Part shown: in pieces, positions 27,241-39,800 of the stretch
Layout of the letters: the number at the start of each line of letters is the position of its first letter
Position numbering within the stretch: the first letter of the stretch is position 1
From: Ylistrum balloti
Lineage: Eukaryota
DNA: 64,000 nucleotides
Assembly (NCBI RefSeq): GCF_031769215.1
Contig: NW_026781965.1
Coordinates: 2,356,001 to 2,420,000, forward strand
Direction of reading: 5' to 3'
Made by a program: the position numbers and the translations under genes
The notes under the pieces: generated by a model
Told to the model about the DNA's origin: nothing
Databases searched by the model: none
The model's input: only the letters and a program-made list of their open reading frames with translations

Positions 27241-27398
27241 TGATATTGACATTCCGTGGTTGTCACTCTGCCATATTCCCTCCTTACAAAACGAATATTC
27301 TTGTTTGATAACGAATGACACCCCTCCCTCCCTCCCTCATAATATCAAATGAACCACATTGCTGTTTCCCTAAATCATTCAACCAGACCTCTATCTTA

Positions 27399-28455
27399 AA
27401 CCCCATTCATACGACGCGATTTGCGTACCTCAGTATATTTTACACATATGTAACTTTACTTTCATGTGCAATTTTTGTTGTATGAACTGATTTGCTCACA
27501 TGTAAATTCTGCACAGTTGAATAAATTTGCACCTGGTCAGGACTAGGTCCAAATTAACTTTTGCATGCATGTTGTCGCAAATTATTTGCTCCCATTTGTA
27601 AATTTTGTCGTATGAACACGCAGCAAATTTACTTATGTAAGTATTTTGTCATGTATATTGCATCAGTCTCTATTTTAAGCGTTGTTATGGTTGTGTGTGC
27701 TTTGGCGGGGAAAATATGTCTATAAACATGACGCCTTTCAAACGACCTAACGAATTTTCAATGGTCATTCGTGCTCTACTTAAACGATAGTTGAAAGTAG
27801 ACCGAGTTTCTGTAAGGGTAGATCTGTTGATGTATGGCTTCAAAATCCAAGTCTTCAAAGGATACGCTAGGTCACCAAGAACTACTGGCATAGTACTTTC
27901 CCCAAATGGCTTTCGCCACTCTGGAAACAAGGAGCCATTATCTCCTTTGAGATAAATTTCCGAATTTGCATCATGGACCCTTCCTGGCCAAGTTATATTT
28001 ATGTCTTTAAAGATAAAGCTGTGGTCGCAAACATCCTGCAAAATCAAGGAGTAAAACCCTTTCCAGTTAAAGTAGCCTCCATGGGAATGCTTAGGAGCTA
28101 TGATGGAAATATGCATGCCAAATTTTTCAGAAAATTTTAAGAACGTTTCCTTTTTCATTCGAAAATTCTCATACCAATCTTCGTCCTTAAAGTCATTAAG
28201 TACGGTATTGTCGTACCATTCAGTGGATCGGACTTTCCTTCTAGTTTCCTTGATTCGGGAACATCCAATAGCTAATCCTATGCCCAAATAGCAAGGGAAT
28301 ACCCCTTTTTCTGTGAAAATTCAGCAGTCTGAATCGGTCCATCTCCATATTTCAAATGACAATGTGGGGATTTACTGACGGTACATAAATCGCTTGTGAA
28401 CGCATAGCAAATCAACTTTTATATATAAGCAAATTTTCGTCGTATGAATGGGGTT
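27399..28455 (-). mobile_element. Internally deleted PIF/Harbinger DNA transposon (1057 bp) with both TIRs and TTA TSD
   Basis: 18-bp TIRs aaccccattcatacgacg (27399) and cgtcgtatgaatggggtt (ends 28455); TTA at 27396-27398 and 28456-28458. Confidence 0.92.
27685..28287 (-). pseudogene. HARBI1-like (DDE_Tnp_4) transposase remnant
   Basis: NWKGFYS, WPGRVHDA, GDLAYPL, FNYRLSRARMTIEN; the segment holding the first catalytic Asp (GAIDG) is deleted. Confidence 0.9.
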
Positions 28456-28899
28456 TTAGATTCTTCTACCAGTTTAAGCATATCAATTCAGGGTTACAGT
28501 CTTATTGTCATTCCAGGAGTGAATTGAATGAATGAATGCCGATTGTGCAGATCAATCTATCTTGAATATCCGCCTTACTCTAACTCAAACCAACACCTCA
28601 GTTTTCTTGTTACAAGATGATGAGTGTAGATGAATAATCTGGTTGACAGTATCAGTACCATCCACCAAACTGTTGACATACCTATTAACGTTGCAACTGT
28701 GGCATAGTGTTTTATAAACACGTCCTGTTTTTTAAGTAAAGTTTTTTTTTTGCAATTGGAATCTAATACCTGAGATTTTATGTCAATTTGTTATGTATCA
28801 ACACATGCATTAACCGTTATGGTCAATAACTTGTATTGCTAATGACGATGAAAAATTGATATTATTTCCAATAACTGGAATTGTATCGAGAGTTGAGCA

Positions 28900-29712
28900 T
28901 CACAGGTGTGTAGTATACCACTGACAAGTAAATGTATGAAAGAATATTGTACCACTGACCACAACAGGTGTGTAGTATACCACTGACCACCACAGGTGTG
29001 TAGTATACCACTGACCACAACAGGTGTGTAGTATACCACTGACCACCACAGGTGTGTAGTATACCACTGACCACAACAGGTGTGTAGTATACCACTGACC
29101 ATCACAGGTGTGTAGTATACCACTGACCACCACAGGTGTGTAGTATACCACTGACCACCACAGGTGTGTAGTATACCACTGACCACCACAGGTGTGTAGT
29201 ATACCACTGACAAGTAAATGTATGAAAGAATATTATACCACTGACCATCACAGGTATGTAGTATACCACTGACCATCACAGGTGTGTAGTATACCACTGA
29301 CCACCACAGGTGTGTAGTATACCACTGACCACAACAGGTGTGTAGTATACCACTGACCACCACAGGTGTGTAGTATACCACTGACCACAACAGGTGTGTA
29401 GTATACCACTGACCACCACAGGTGTGTAGTATACCACTGACCACAACAGGTGTGTAGTATACCACTGACCACCACAGGTGTGTAGTATACCACTGACCAC
29501 AACAGGTGTGTAGTATACCACTGACCACCACAGGTATGTAGTAAACCACTGACCACAACAGGTGTGTAGTATACCACTGACAAGTAAATGTATGAAAGAG
29601 TATTAAACTACTGACCATCACAGGTGTGTAGTATACCACTGACCACCACTGGTGTGTAGTATACCACTGACCACTACAGGTGTGTAGTATACCACTGACC
29701 ACCACAGGTTTG
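28900..29712. repeat. 28-bp minisatellite array with periodic spacer
   Basis: Unit cactgaccaccacaggtgtgtagtatac; spacer acaagtaaatgtatgaaag recurs three times. Confidence 0.96.
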
Positions 29713-31158
29713 TGGTATACTGTTCAGTATTTAACGTTTATAATGGTATCAAACTATTGGCCATTACAGATTTGTGTTGTATAGTTTTGACCGCTACAGT
29801 TGTGCATTATTAAACTATACCATTACCTTATAATATGCAAGGCTTAAGGTATACACAGAGATTGGCCGTCACGGGTGGATTTTAACCTTGACACGTGTTT
29901 ACTGTTATTGAGCTACCGGTCAATGTAGGTTCAATAAAAGTCCATAGTGTACAACCAATGAAATAAACAGCGTACAGTCGTGGTATAACACTAGGATAAC
30001 TTCAGTAAAATTGACCTCCACTAATGTGAGAATCTGTTACTGGTCAATTACTGACAGAAAATGTAATGCACATGTACTTCACTTGGTATAACGTCATTTA
30101 TTTATGGCTTCGTAATGACATATTCTGTCAACATTTCAACACAGCCTTCTTTAAAGATAGGTAATTTACAACGATTTTCTATCTAGTTACGTATATTAAG
30201 GACACTTTCCTTTGGAGTATCAAATATATTTCAGTTGGTTGTTAAAGGGTTGTAAATTCACATATCGGGTTTTGGAGCAAAGGTGTTACATTTTATGTAT
30301 GATAATCATCACACACTGTTTCCCGGGCGGTCCGCTATTTATATCTATTGATTACATACACAGAGTACAGACAGTTCAGGTGTTGTGAAACAGGAAAATA
30401 TCATGTACATGTCTGTACTGAAAAATATACTCCATCAACAAGAATGCTTATAGCTTAAAGGATTTTTTATAAGGAACACATAATATGAGTAAATCATTAA
30501 AAATTCATTTAAAACGAATCGTTTCAGGTGGAAAGATTGTTTACAACTTACCATCGACCAAATGAAGGAAATGTTAAACACACTAGTTCGTCATATCTTT
30601 TTAGTCATGTATATGTGCAACTTGACATTTATGTAGCATAACAATCTGCATGAAAATTGTGTTTTAGTTTGATAAGTTGAAGCAGTATTATAGTTCGTTT
30701 CGCAGATGTTTCTTGAACACCACTAAGGAATACTCTTACACTGCTAATACTGTCCGGTGTTGAAGCACTTCTCTGTTTAAACTTATCCAGGTAAATACAA
30801 AATCAAGTGGTGTTTGGATAAACTCTAGTCTGCTCTAACCCATAGACATTACCACGGTTGACTGCAGCTGACTACAAAACCAGGAAAACGTAAATTATTT
30901 AAAAAAAAAAGAAAAAAAGAAAAATAAGACATTTAAAACAGATTGCTTTCCTGTTACTAAATCTGATTAAAGCGACAACATGGCCTATGATTACGAAATG
31001 CTCATTAAATATTCGTTTTCATTCAAATTCGCAACCTTATTACATAAGCTAACTAATGGACAGTTTGTGTGATTTTCTAGTGATTCGAAGCTTTCAATAC
31101 ATGTGTACTGTTGCGTCTCCCCGACAACAAGAAAACACAACCGGATATGCATTCCTAC

Positions 31159-31379
31159 CTTAAATATTTATCATCCGACAATACAAACAAGTTGTGGCCA
31201 AGCATATTGAGCTCGACGACTCCCTGGGATAACAACTTACTCATCAGTTTTTCTGCGAGACTACCCACAATATTTGGGTTCCCATTTTGTCTTGGAAATA
31301 TGTCGTTACCAAATCGAAAGTCCGATGTAAGCTTTGAATTGATTGATTCCAAAAAATAGTTATCAATGGCTTTATCGTT
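31159..31379 (-). CDS. Candidate orphan coding exon, product unknown
   Basis: ttctttcag acceptor, gtagga donor, 73 open codons (NDKAIDNYFLES...SDDKYL); no family recognised. Confidence 0.4.
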
Positions 31380-31561
31380 CTGAAAGAAGAACTACAGTTA
31401 AATCAAAGTAGGCCAGTTTTACAGTTAAAATAGATCTACTGAAGGTTTACTTCCATCTTGCATCGCTCATACATCAGCATTGCATGATTCTAGCAGTATT
31501 CATTACAAACAAAATGTATCCAAATGAAATGATGATGGTTATATACTGTTTTCTAACGAGA

Positions 31562-32475
31562 AGCACCGTCCATGTACCGATTTTTCAGCGAGCTGATCAT
31601 ATTCCGCGTATCGATTCCTAGCGACTAACACCGTCCATGTACCGATTTTTCAGCGAGCTGATCATATTCCGCGTATCGATTCCTAGCGACTAACACCGTC
31701 CATGTACCGATTTTTCCGATTCATATTCGTATCGATTCCTAGAGAGTAGCACCGTCCGTATACCGATTTTTCAGCGAGCTGATCATATTCCGCGTATCGA
31801 TTCCTAGCGACTAACACCGTCCATGTACCGATTTTTCAGCGAGCTGATCATATTCCGCGTATCGATTCCTAGCGACTAACACCGTCCATGTACCGATTTT
31901 TCAGCGAGCTGCTCATATTCCGCGTATCGATTCCTAGCGACTAACACCGTCCATGTACCGATTTTTCAGCGAGCTGATCATATTCCGCGTATCGATTCCT
32001 AGCGACTAACACCGTCCATGTACCGATTTTTCAGCGAGCTGATCATATTCCGCGTATCGATTCCTAGAGAGTAGCACCGTCCGTATACCGATTTTTCAGC
32101 GAGCTGATCATATTCCGCGTACCGATTCCTAACGACTAACACCGTCCATGTACCGATTTTTCAGCGAGCCGACCATATTCCGCGTACCGATTCCTAGCGA
32201 CTAACACCGTCCATGTACTGATTTTTTTAGCCAGCCGACCATATTCCGCGTATCGATTCCTAGCGAATAACACCGTCCATGTACCGATTTTTCAGCGAGC
32301 TGATCATATTCCGCGTACCGATTCCTAGCGACTAACACCGTCCATGTACCGATTTTTCAGGGAGCTGACCATATTCCGAGTACCGATTCCTGGCGAGTAG
32401 AACCGTCCGTGTACGTTTCTTCAGTGAGCTGATCATATTCTGCGTACCGATTCTTAACGAGTAGAACCGTCCGTG
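31562..32475. repeat. 65-bp GC/CpG-rich tandem array
   Basis: Unit caccgtccatgtaccgatttttcagcgagctgatcatattccgcgtatcgattcctagcgactaa. Confidence 0.96.
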
Positions 32476-33552
32476 GATTTGTTTTCTACAAATCGTAACT
32501 AATTATGAACGACTGGACAGGTTTTGATAAAGTTTAGTCAGAAACATCCTTTTCAGTTTTGTATAAACAATAAGCCTCACCTCCCAGAGGCCTGAGAGGC
32601 GGGGCCAAATAAAAACCAAGCTGCATGGATTCGATCCCAGTTTGATCTGATGAAGAGAATTCAGTTGTGTATAACAATGAGTCCGGGTTCCCTGGGCCGA
32701 GAGGAGTGGAGACCTAAATGAGAAATTATTCAAAATCCTTCTTCTCTCGGAAAATTGTTCAAACATTTTAAATGTTTTCTGTTGATATCTTGGTATTTTC
32801 TTTGTTGTTTTTGTTTCAATTCGTTTAGATGAAGCAATTTCAGCGAACCAAACTTTGTGAGCGATTCAGCACATAAGGGCTTCTAGTAAATACATATAAC
32901 GTACTGGCATATATTCTATGTCAATCTCTCCATTGTAATTACTTAACTTCACAAGATTTTCTACATACATCAATCAAGTGTTTTAGTCTTGACATCACCA
33001 GTTTTCAGTTTTAATGTTATATGGTTACTATGAACAAAGTAGTCGAAATCGCTGATTTCAGCGTCTCTGGAATATCTCCAAAACCCTGCAAAGTAACTCC
33101 ACAAAACGTCCTATCCACATCAGTCATGTGGTCTAGTAGTGCTTTTTGCTATGTACCCGTTTTTAGTTTTAATATTTTCATCGTTACCATGACAACAAAT
33201 ACTTCATATCACTGACTTCATTGCGACTGGTCCTTTATCACTATCTTGTTGTCCTTCGACCAATCAACACTCACGGTTGAATAATGGTATGTAAATATTC
33301 AGATTTGTTTAAATGAGGCAAACCGACGCGATTTTTTTTTCGCGTTTGAAAACCATTGAAGTACAGTTGTAAGTCCACATACGAACAACCCTTAATATGA
33401 CAGGGTATTTCTTTGTTTTAAAATTTATTTTATACAGGGCATAGAATGTAGACAGTCTTTTAATGAAAAAAATGTCTGGTAAGTAAGTGGCGGTGCCAAG
33501 GACAGTAAAACATCAACAAACAGGTTAATTTACTGAATGGAAATGTCAACTG

Positions 33553-33554
<2 letters not shown>

Positions 33555-33597
<43 letters not shown>
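33555..33597. repeat. (CT)n microsatellite
   Basis: Direct reading. Confidence 0.97.
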
Positions 33598-33600
<3 letters not shown>

Positions 33601-34097
33601 TTAAATATTCTTGGTTTTAATACCATTTTACCCGTAATATAAATGTATATGTCAATGAAATGCAGTCTTATAGAGAGTCGCATTAATTTTTGATGTCAAA
33701 GATACCATTAATTGTAAACACTGTACTTATTAATGTATAACACATTTAGTGGTCATATAATTCCATATAATCGTTGTTGATTGTATCTCGACAACTTTCA
33801 CTTTAAACGCAAAATCTGTTTCAAATTTCGAAAATTATATATGAATGTAGATTTAAACCTTAAACTGTTACCAAATGGTATAATACAGTCAGTATAAGTA
33901 CAATTTTGGTGACAGATGAATAGATGTCTTCAGTAACAGCTGTATACTACCATCTCGCTTAAATATACTGGGTCATATTTATAACTCTATATATACTACT
34001 GTATTACTGAAATATGTTATATCAATTTTTTTCTTATATGAAAACTAAACCCAATTTGCACCTAGACAACATACATAAGTGACGCGCAAAGTCACAG

Positions 34098-34533
34098 GTG
34101 ATGACGAGACACTTTCTACATCGACCAAATACAGTCCATTCACATTCATCACCCGATACGGTTACATGTTCACGCCCTCTCCACACCAAAGCTTCATCAT
34201 CTTCCTCATAAAAGCTTGTCGGGGTGCAAGCATTGGCCTGTTGGAGTCGGAAGATGGTCTAGTTAACAATTACTATGTAGGCATAGATAGGCAGGGGATC
34301 CGAATTCATCTCCTTAAAAGGCCATATTACCAACAATATACTGCACTGCGATGAGTACAGGACATTCCGGATATCCTGGAAGAATAATGGAGAGGTAGCC
34401 CTTGGTCATGGAAATGCTGTTTTTCATGACGTCCTTCTAATACTCAAACAGCAACGATATCAGTATCAGGTACGCTTTACTGGAATCACGACTGAATGGG
34501 GTTCATCAGGAATTTGGAAATTTCCAAGACTGA
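34098..34533 (+). pseudogene. Farnesoic acid O-methyltransferase (Methyltransf_FA)-like domain exon with one frameshift
   Basis: Frame 1 SFIIFLIKACRGASIGLL; frame 2 ILHCDEYRTFRISWKNN...GITTEWGSSGIWKF then a gtaagt donor. These match the F-VKAC-DAHI, C-EFR-FWISW and TGWG-GEW motifs of the domain. Confidence 0.72.
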
Positions 34534-35319
34534 GTAAGTATTTAATATTCCAAGCAAAAGAAATAGCCTAGACGAGAAATATAGTATTTTATTTGCCTAT
34601 CACCAAGTTTCTACTTACCCATAAGTAATACGGGAGAGATGACAAAACCGGAAGCGCACTGTTATCATTTTAAAAAGACGTGCTCACAAAAACATTCTTT
34701 TATAAAGTATCGTTTGCATAAGGTTCACTTTCCTTCATCAGTCCATGAAAGCAACAAAATATACAATCAATTCCTAAAATCACATTAACCATTTAGTGAA
34801 TCTCGCCTCTCGAACGCCCTTTCTGTTGAATCTACATTACAATGTATTGTCATTTTGTTGCATTGATGCAGTTATTGTACATGTTTGCACATATACGCAG
34901 CAGCTGCTAGCTAGCGTCATTCGTCACTGGGCATGAATGAAATATTGTTCTAAGACTCAAATGAAGTAAGTATTTTAAGATTTTACTTTTGTTTTCAAGG
35001 AATAGGAACACAGATTTTATAATAAACAACTTCCTAAAGTGTTATGATACGGGCTTGTATCGCACAACAGTAACAACACTACGAGTTTGTGATTCGGTCA
35101 TGCCTCAAGCGAGTCCAATGAATATCTCGGATGTACCGTTTTGGAATAGATTAAATTGATAAAAGTGAAATCTTACGTAGCCATACGCCTAAACAAAATT
35201 ATGAGAATGCAGACATGTAAGCTCACGGTGTTTTTGTTTAAGAAGGTTTTAATTTGTTGACAGGAGGTCGAAGCAATTTCGCCTAGGGTTTTAGGGACAC
35301 ATTACGTAATATAATATAC

Positions 35320-36320
35320 GGTAGGGTCATGTAGCCGTGTCCAGGCAACACTTGATGATACCTCACTACTAACCAGCATTTGAAATTCTATGACGACCGT
35401 GGAAACTTCCAAAGGTGATCTGGAGGAAGGGCTAATATTCCAGAATGCTTGCAGACAGCAGTAGGAATATTTGTACCGAAGAAGCACTCTGCAACTTTTA
35501 AACAAATTCAGGACCATAAACTCTTAAGTGTAGAAGGAAAGATCTTCTTTTGCTATACTCGCAAGAAGGATGACGACGTATATGACATCAAATTAGAAAA
35601 TCGATAATTCTGTGCAGAAAGGAAGAAACCCAGGATTTAAAGGATGTTTGGACACACCAGCGCAATCACACATCTGATCAGTAAAGCCAAGATCAACCAC
35701 GGAGACCTCACAATGGTCTGGTTAGACCATGCTAGCACATACGGTTCTGTCCCCCACCAATAGATCTTTATAGCACTAGAACATTATCACATTTCTGAAC
35801 ACAAAATTGTGAAGACTTATTGCAACAACATCAGGGTCAGGTTCACAGTAGCAGACATGCACTTGGAAAGGATTTCGTGACAGGATTCACAATATTTGTC
35901 ATATCTTGATCATCAAGGCAGCACACAGGGAAACTAGAGGACCTAAAACTCCATAAAGGACAAAAAAACGAGGATGTACGAAACCACGACCTTACACCAA
36001 CATCGTAAGGTCTGGAGCGGCGAACATCAATGTGACAACAGCGCATCAGCGAACTGATTTTGAGAAAGACTGGTATTCTCAGAGATAACTCAAACAAATT
36101 TATCCTACACAGGTCACAGCAAGAGGAGGGAATGATCATTATAGAACTTACTGCCTCCTAGGAGGAGCGATGCTTAAAGCCTTCTTGGACAGGGCCGTAC
36201 CAGAAAGATCGAGCTACTCTCACAAGAGATGGCAAACTGCTGCAAAGAGGTTTCGCGTTGAACCATCTTGAACCATATTTAAATTAGCAGCAAAGCAGCC
36301 GCCGACAAAGAGTTAAATAT
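35320..36320 (+). mobile_element. Degenerate RLE-type non-LTR retrotransposon (HERO/R2-like) fragment
   Basis: Broken RT motifs LLSVEGKIFF, QKG..PGFKGC, DLTMVWLD..TYGSVPH; C-terminal IIIELTA*EERC resembling IELTVPWEE; large deletions and stops. Confidence 0.8.
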
Positions 36321-36829
36321 GGACCAAGAGGTCAAATAAGATCATATCCACTTCCCAAGCCCTACTGACCCTGAAAACGATGTTCATACAACGACGTTTA
36401 CACGTGGTATTTCTCCGAAAGTTGTAGAAGATGCGCTAGTCGTGATCATATCCAATGACCATTCATTGATGGATGTATGCTCAAGAGAAAATTTTCCAAA
36501 AGTATTGATCAAGGCGAAACTCTTTCCACCGAGGCATCCGCATTTCCACATACTGTCAACCTAATTTACGACCTTGGGTCTAGCAATGGACAGAGTCCAA
36601 AACCCTTTTTCCGAACTTCATTGCGACATTTTGGGACTACAAGGCTGTATCCTTTTTTAAACAGCAGGTACAGGACTATTTGATAGCTACAGTCACCCTT
36701 TATTCAGATCGTGAATGTTAACAACATTCATTAGGTCACTGTCGGCAGCTCGGAGGACGGCGATTCTGTCTTAGTGTATAGCATTATGGGAATAAACATC
36801 TTCCGCAACTTTAGAAAAAAACTGTGTTG

Positions 36830-37190
36830 AACGTGTCAGGACGGAAGCTGCAGAGATGCAAATCGGTCACAATTCGTGACATCAGCAGACAGATGGCATG
36901 GGTTGTGGTTTATTTACTATCGCAAATGCACGGCCGTCGTCTTGGGACAAGAACCGTCGGTGTACATTTAAGATCAGTCGTGAATGACTTCAACAATGTT
37001 TCAGGACTAAATAAAAAAGTAACATACAAAAAGAGATGAGGTAATACCAAACACGGTGATAACCTCCTACAGCGTCACCTCTGTTGGGCTTGGTACCATT
37101 ACAGATGTCCGTCGGATGACCCACATGTATGGGAAAGAAAACAAAAAAGCCCGGTTCGCGTGCAGAGCTTGCAACAATAGCAGTACGGTG
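36830..37190 (+). pseudogene. Decayed Ulp1/C48-type protease plus PHD finger fragment, probably transposon cargo
   Basis: QQTDGMGCGLFTIAN (cf. QQ-NG-DCGLFAIA), then CWAWYHYRC and FACRAC across frameshifts. Confidence 0.5.
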
Positions 37191-37674
37191 AAACATTACC
37201 CACTAGGCCCTTCAACTTGTGAGCTTATGCAATGGCGCGGCGTTCGTCGTCTGTCCGTGTACGATCATATTTCAAGTGCCGATTCCTAGTAAGGAGCACC
37301 GTTCGTGTACCCTAGCGAGCCGAACACATCCAAAATATGCGTATCCATTCCAAATAAATCTTAACATCGAAAATCCGGGTACCCATTTCAAATAAATCTT
37401 AATACGCATATCTATTACATAGCGAGTCGAACATATAAGATACGCGTGCCGATTCCCTGGTGTGAGTCAAATGGTTACAGTATTGGAAACGCCCTTATCC
37501 ACATGGTTATGCAGTCATAAAACATTCAAAACAGCTTGACTGATATCTAAAAACTAAGGTCTCATTTCATAACTGAAGTAATCTAAATGTGATCGCGACA
37601 CTCGATACTGAATACATGAAAGTTAATTCGAAATTATATTTTATTTAAATCTATCGAATAACAATTCTTATAGA

Positions 37675-38356
37675 GTAATGTTTATGCATAAACAATAGTT
37701 TGGTAGCCTGTTAGGACAAATACACTTTTGTTATCTATTATTAGCTCTCATGTTTACCCGTTCCCAGGTGGGTCTTACAAATCCCTCTCCATGTCTGACC
37801 CTATCTAATGCCTGTAAGTAGGAGGGGTAATTATTCTACAAGGAGTGTGCACAGTTCATTTAAAATTTTAAGTATCAATGGGTTTTTTTCATGTTTATTT
37901 TTCTTTTGGATGATTCTTCTGTTTTATGTGCTAAATGTACACTATTCACTTTAATAATTTTGCGCCACATTATTTTATTTAACCAAAGACTCAACGGCGA
38001 CAAATACGTAGCCAAGTAATGTTTATGTATAAACAATCGTCTGGTGGTCTGTTAGGACATATACACTTCTGTTATCTAACACTAGCACTCAAGTTTACCT
38101 GTTCCCAGGTGGGCCATATATATCCTCCATGTCTGACCCTATCTAATGCCTGTAAGTAGGAGATAATTATTCTACAAGGTGTGTACGCAGTTCATTTTAA
38201 ATTTCAAGTATAAATTTTTTTCCTGTCTATTTGCTTTTAGGCGAGTCTCTTGTTTTATGTGCTAAATTTACACTATTCACTTTAATCATTTAGTGCCACA
38301 TTATTTCATTATTTTATTCAACGCAAGACTCAACGGCAACAAATACGTAGCCAAGT
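37675..38356. repeat. 341-bp tandem duplication, two diverged copies
   Basis: gtaatgtttatg at 37675 and 38016; both copies end caaatacgtagccaa. Confidence 0.92.
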
Positions 38357-39583
38357 ATTTGTTTTTATAGCAGCAACATTCCTAGATACAACGACAGTGT
38401 AGTGATAGGGATCGCTTCAATGGAAATGTGTGCTTCCTAAAATATCTAAAAGCAATCGTTTCTGGTGACATCTCGAATAAAAATTCAGATTTAAATACTA
38501 TTACTGAAGTATTCGGTCCTTGCCATGATTACTGTAAATACCGAGATATTCCGTTCTTAGTTAAAGCACAGTCAATAGAACTCCACAGATGGACAGTACA
38601 TGAGGATATAGATACAATGTCTTGGCGGCTACCTTTGGATTCATTTTTATTGAAATATTAAATTTGAACATGAACAATCATGCATCTTCAGTTTCAATAG
38701 GTTCCTATATATCCAAACAACAACAGCAACATGCATTCAACTTCATTTTAAAAGCCGTGACAGTTTCCGAGAGTCTATTGCTCTTACATTCTTGAATTGC
38801 ATTGCATGTATACAAAACAAAGCAAACCTTTCATTCTAAACATAAAATCCAAAACGGGTTTGCGATTTTGTTTCCAAATCTTGCAGAATTTCGTTACGGA
38901 CAACTGGACACTAATGAGATCATATTAGAATAGATGATTAGAATTTGATGATACGTGTTCTACATTGACTCTTTCAGTAACCGGGAGAAATTGATATGGT
39001 AAAGTGCACGTTCAAAAGTGGATACTTAATAGTCCCTTTTATTTCCTAGTCCGTCTCCATGGCGACATGCATATATGTTCACAAACGGACGGACGTCCGA
39101 GAAGAGATTTGTTGATAGCTCAGTTTCACGTTCTACCGTGATCATAACGAGCCATAGAAATGTGGTACAGCTGTAAGTAATCATTGTTACACATGTAAAA
39201 CGTATCCAGAATACCTCTACATCTGATGGAGAAGGTTATCGTAAACAACAAATTTCATGGCCGATTAGAGAGCCAAAGTCATGAGAAGCGCTGTGCACGT
39301 GCTGTCCTACATTTAATGGTGCACGTCTCTGTGGCATTTAGCTTGTCCAATCATCTATTCTACAATAATGATTCGTCTCTAAAAGAATTATAAATCGGTC
39401 ACTTTCTTTTAAATCTGTCTTATTGTCAAGGTTATAGGAAACAAAATCGATCTAAATACCACAATGAACTGAACCCAACGGCTTGGCATTGTAATATTTT
39501 TTGTATTTTCGTTGGTATTATTTGTCGTTTTTCATCTCCATGAAAAATAAATTATGAAACAAGACATATATAACCAACGTAAT

Positions 39584-39800
39584 CATACATGTAAAAACCA
39601 GACAACCATACATGTACAAACCAGAGGACTATACATGTAAAAACCAGACAACCATACATGTACAAACCAGAGGACTATACATGTAAAAACCAGACAACCA
39701 TATACCTATATCCCAGGAATATATGTAAAAACCAGACAACCATACATGTATAAACCAGGACACCATATGTATAACTCGAGGAACCATACATTGATAAAAC
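39584..39800. repeat. 23-bp/46-bp dimeric minisatellite
   Basis: atacatgtaaaaaccagacaacc + atacatgtacaaaccagaggact. Confidence 0.85.

Noticed and set aside
26207-27308. 335-aa and 343-aa ORFs on opposite strands
   Set aside because: Both read through the 51-bp array; no non-repetitive domain
28839-29705. Cys/His/Trp-rich 288-aa ORF
   Set aside because: Three-frame cycling of a 28-bp unit
13911-32475. CRISPR-like appearance of the 28-65 bp arrays
   Set aside because: Head-to-tail repeats without unique spacers, no cas genes, eukaryotic context
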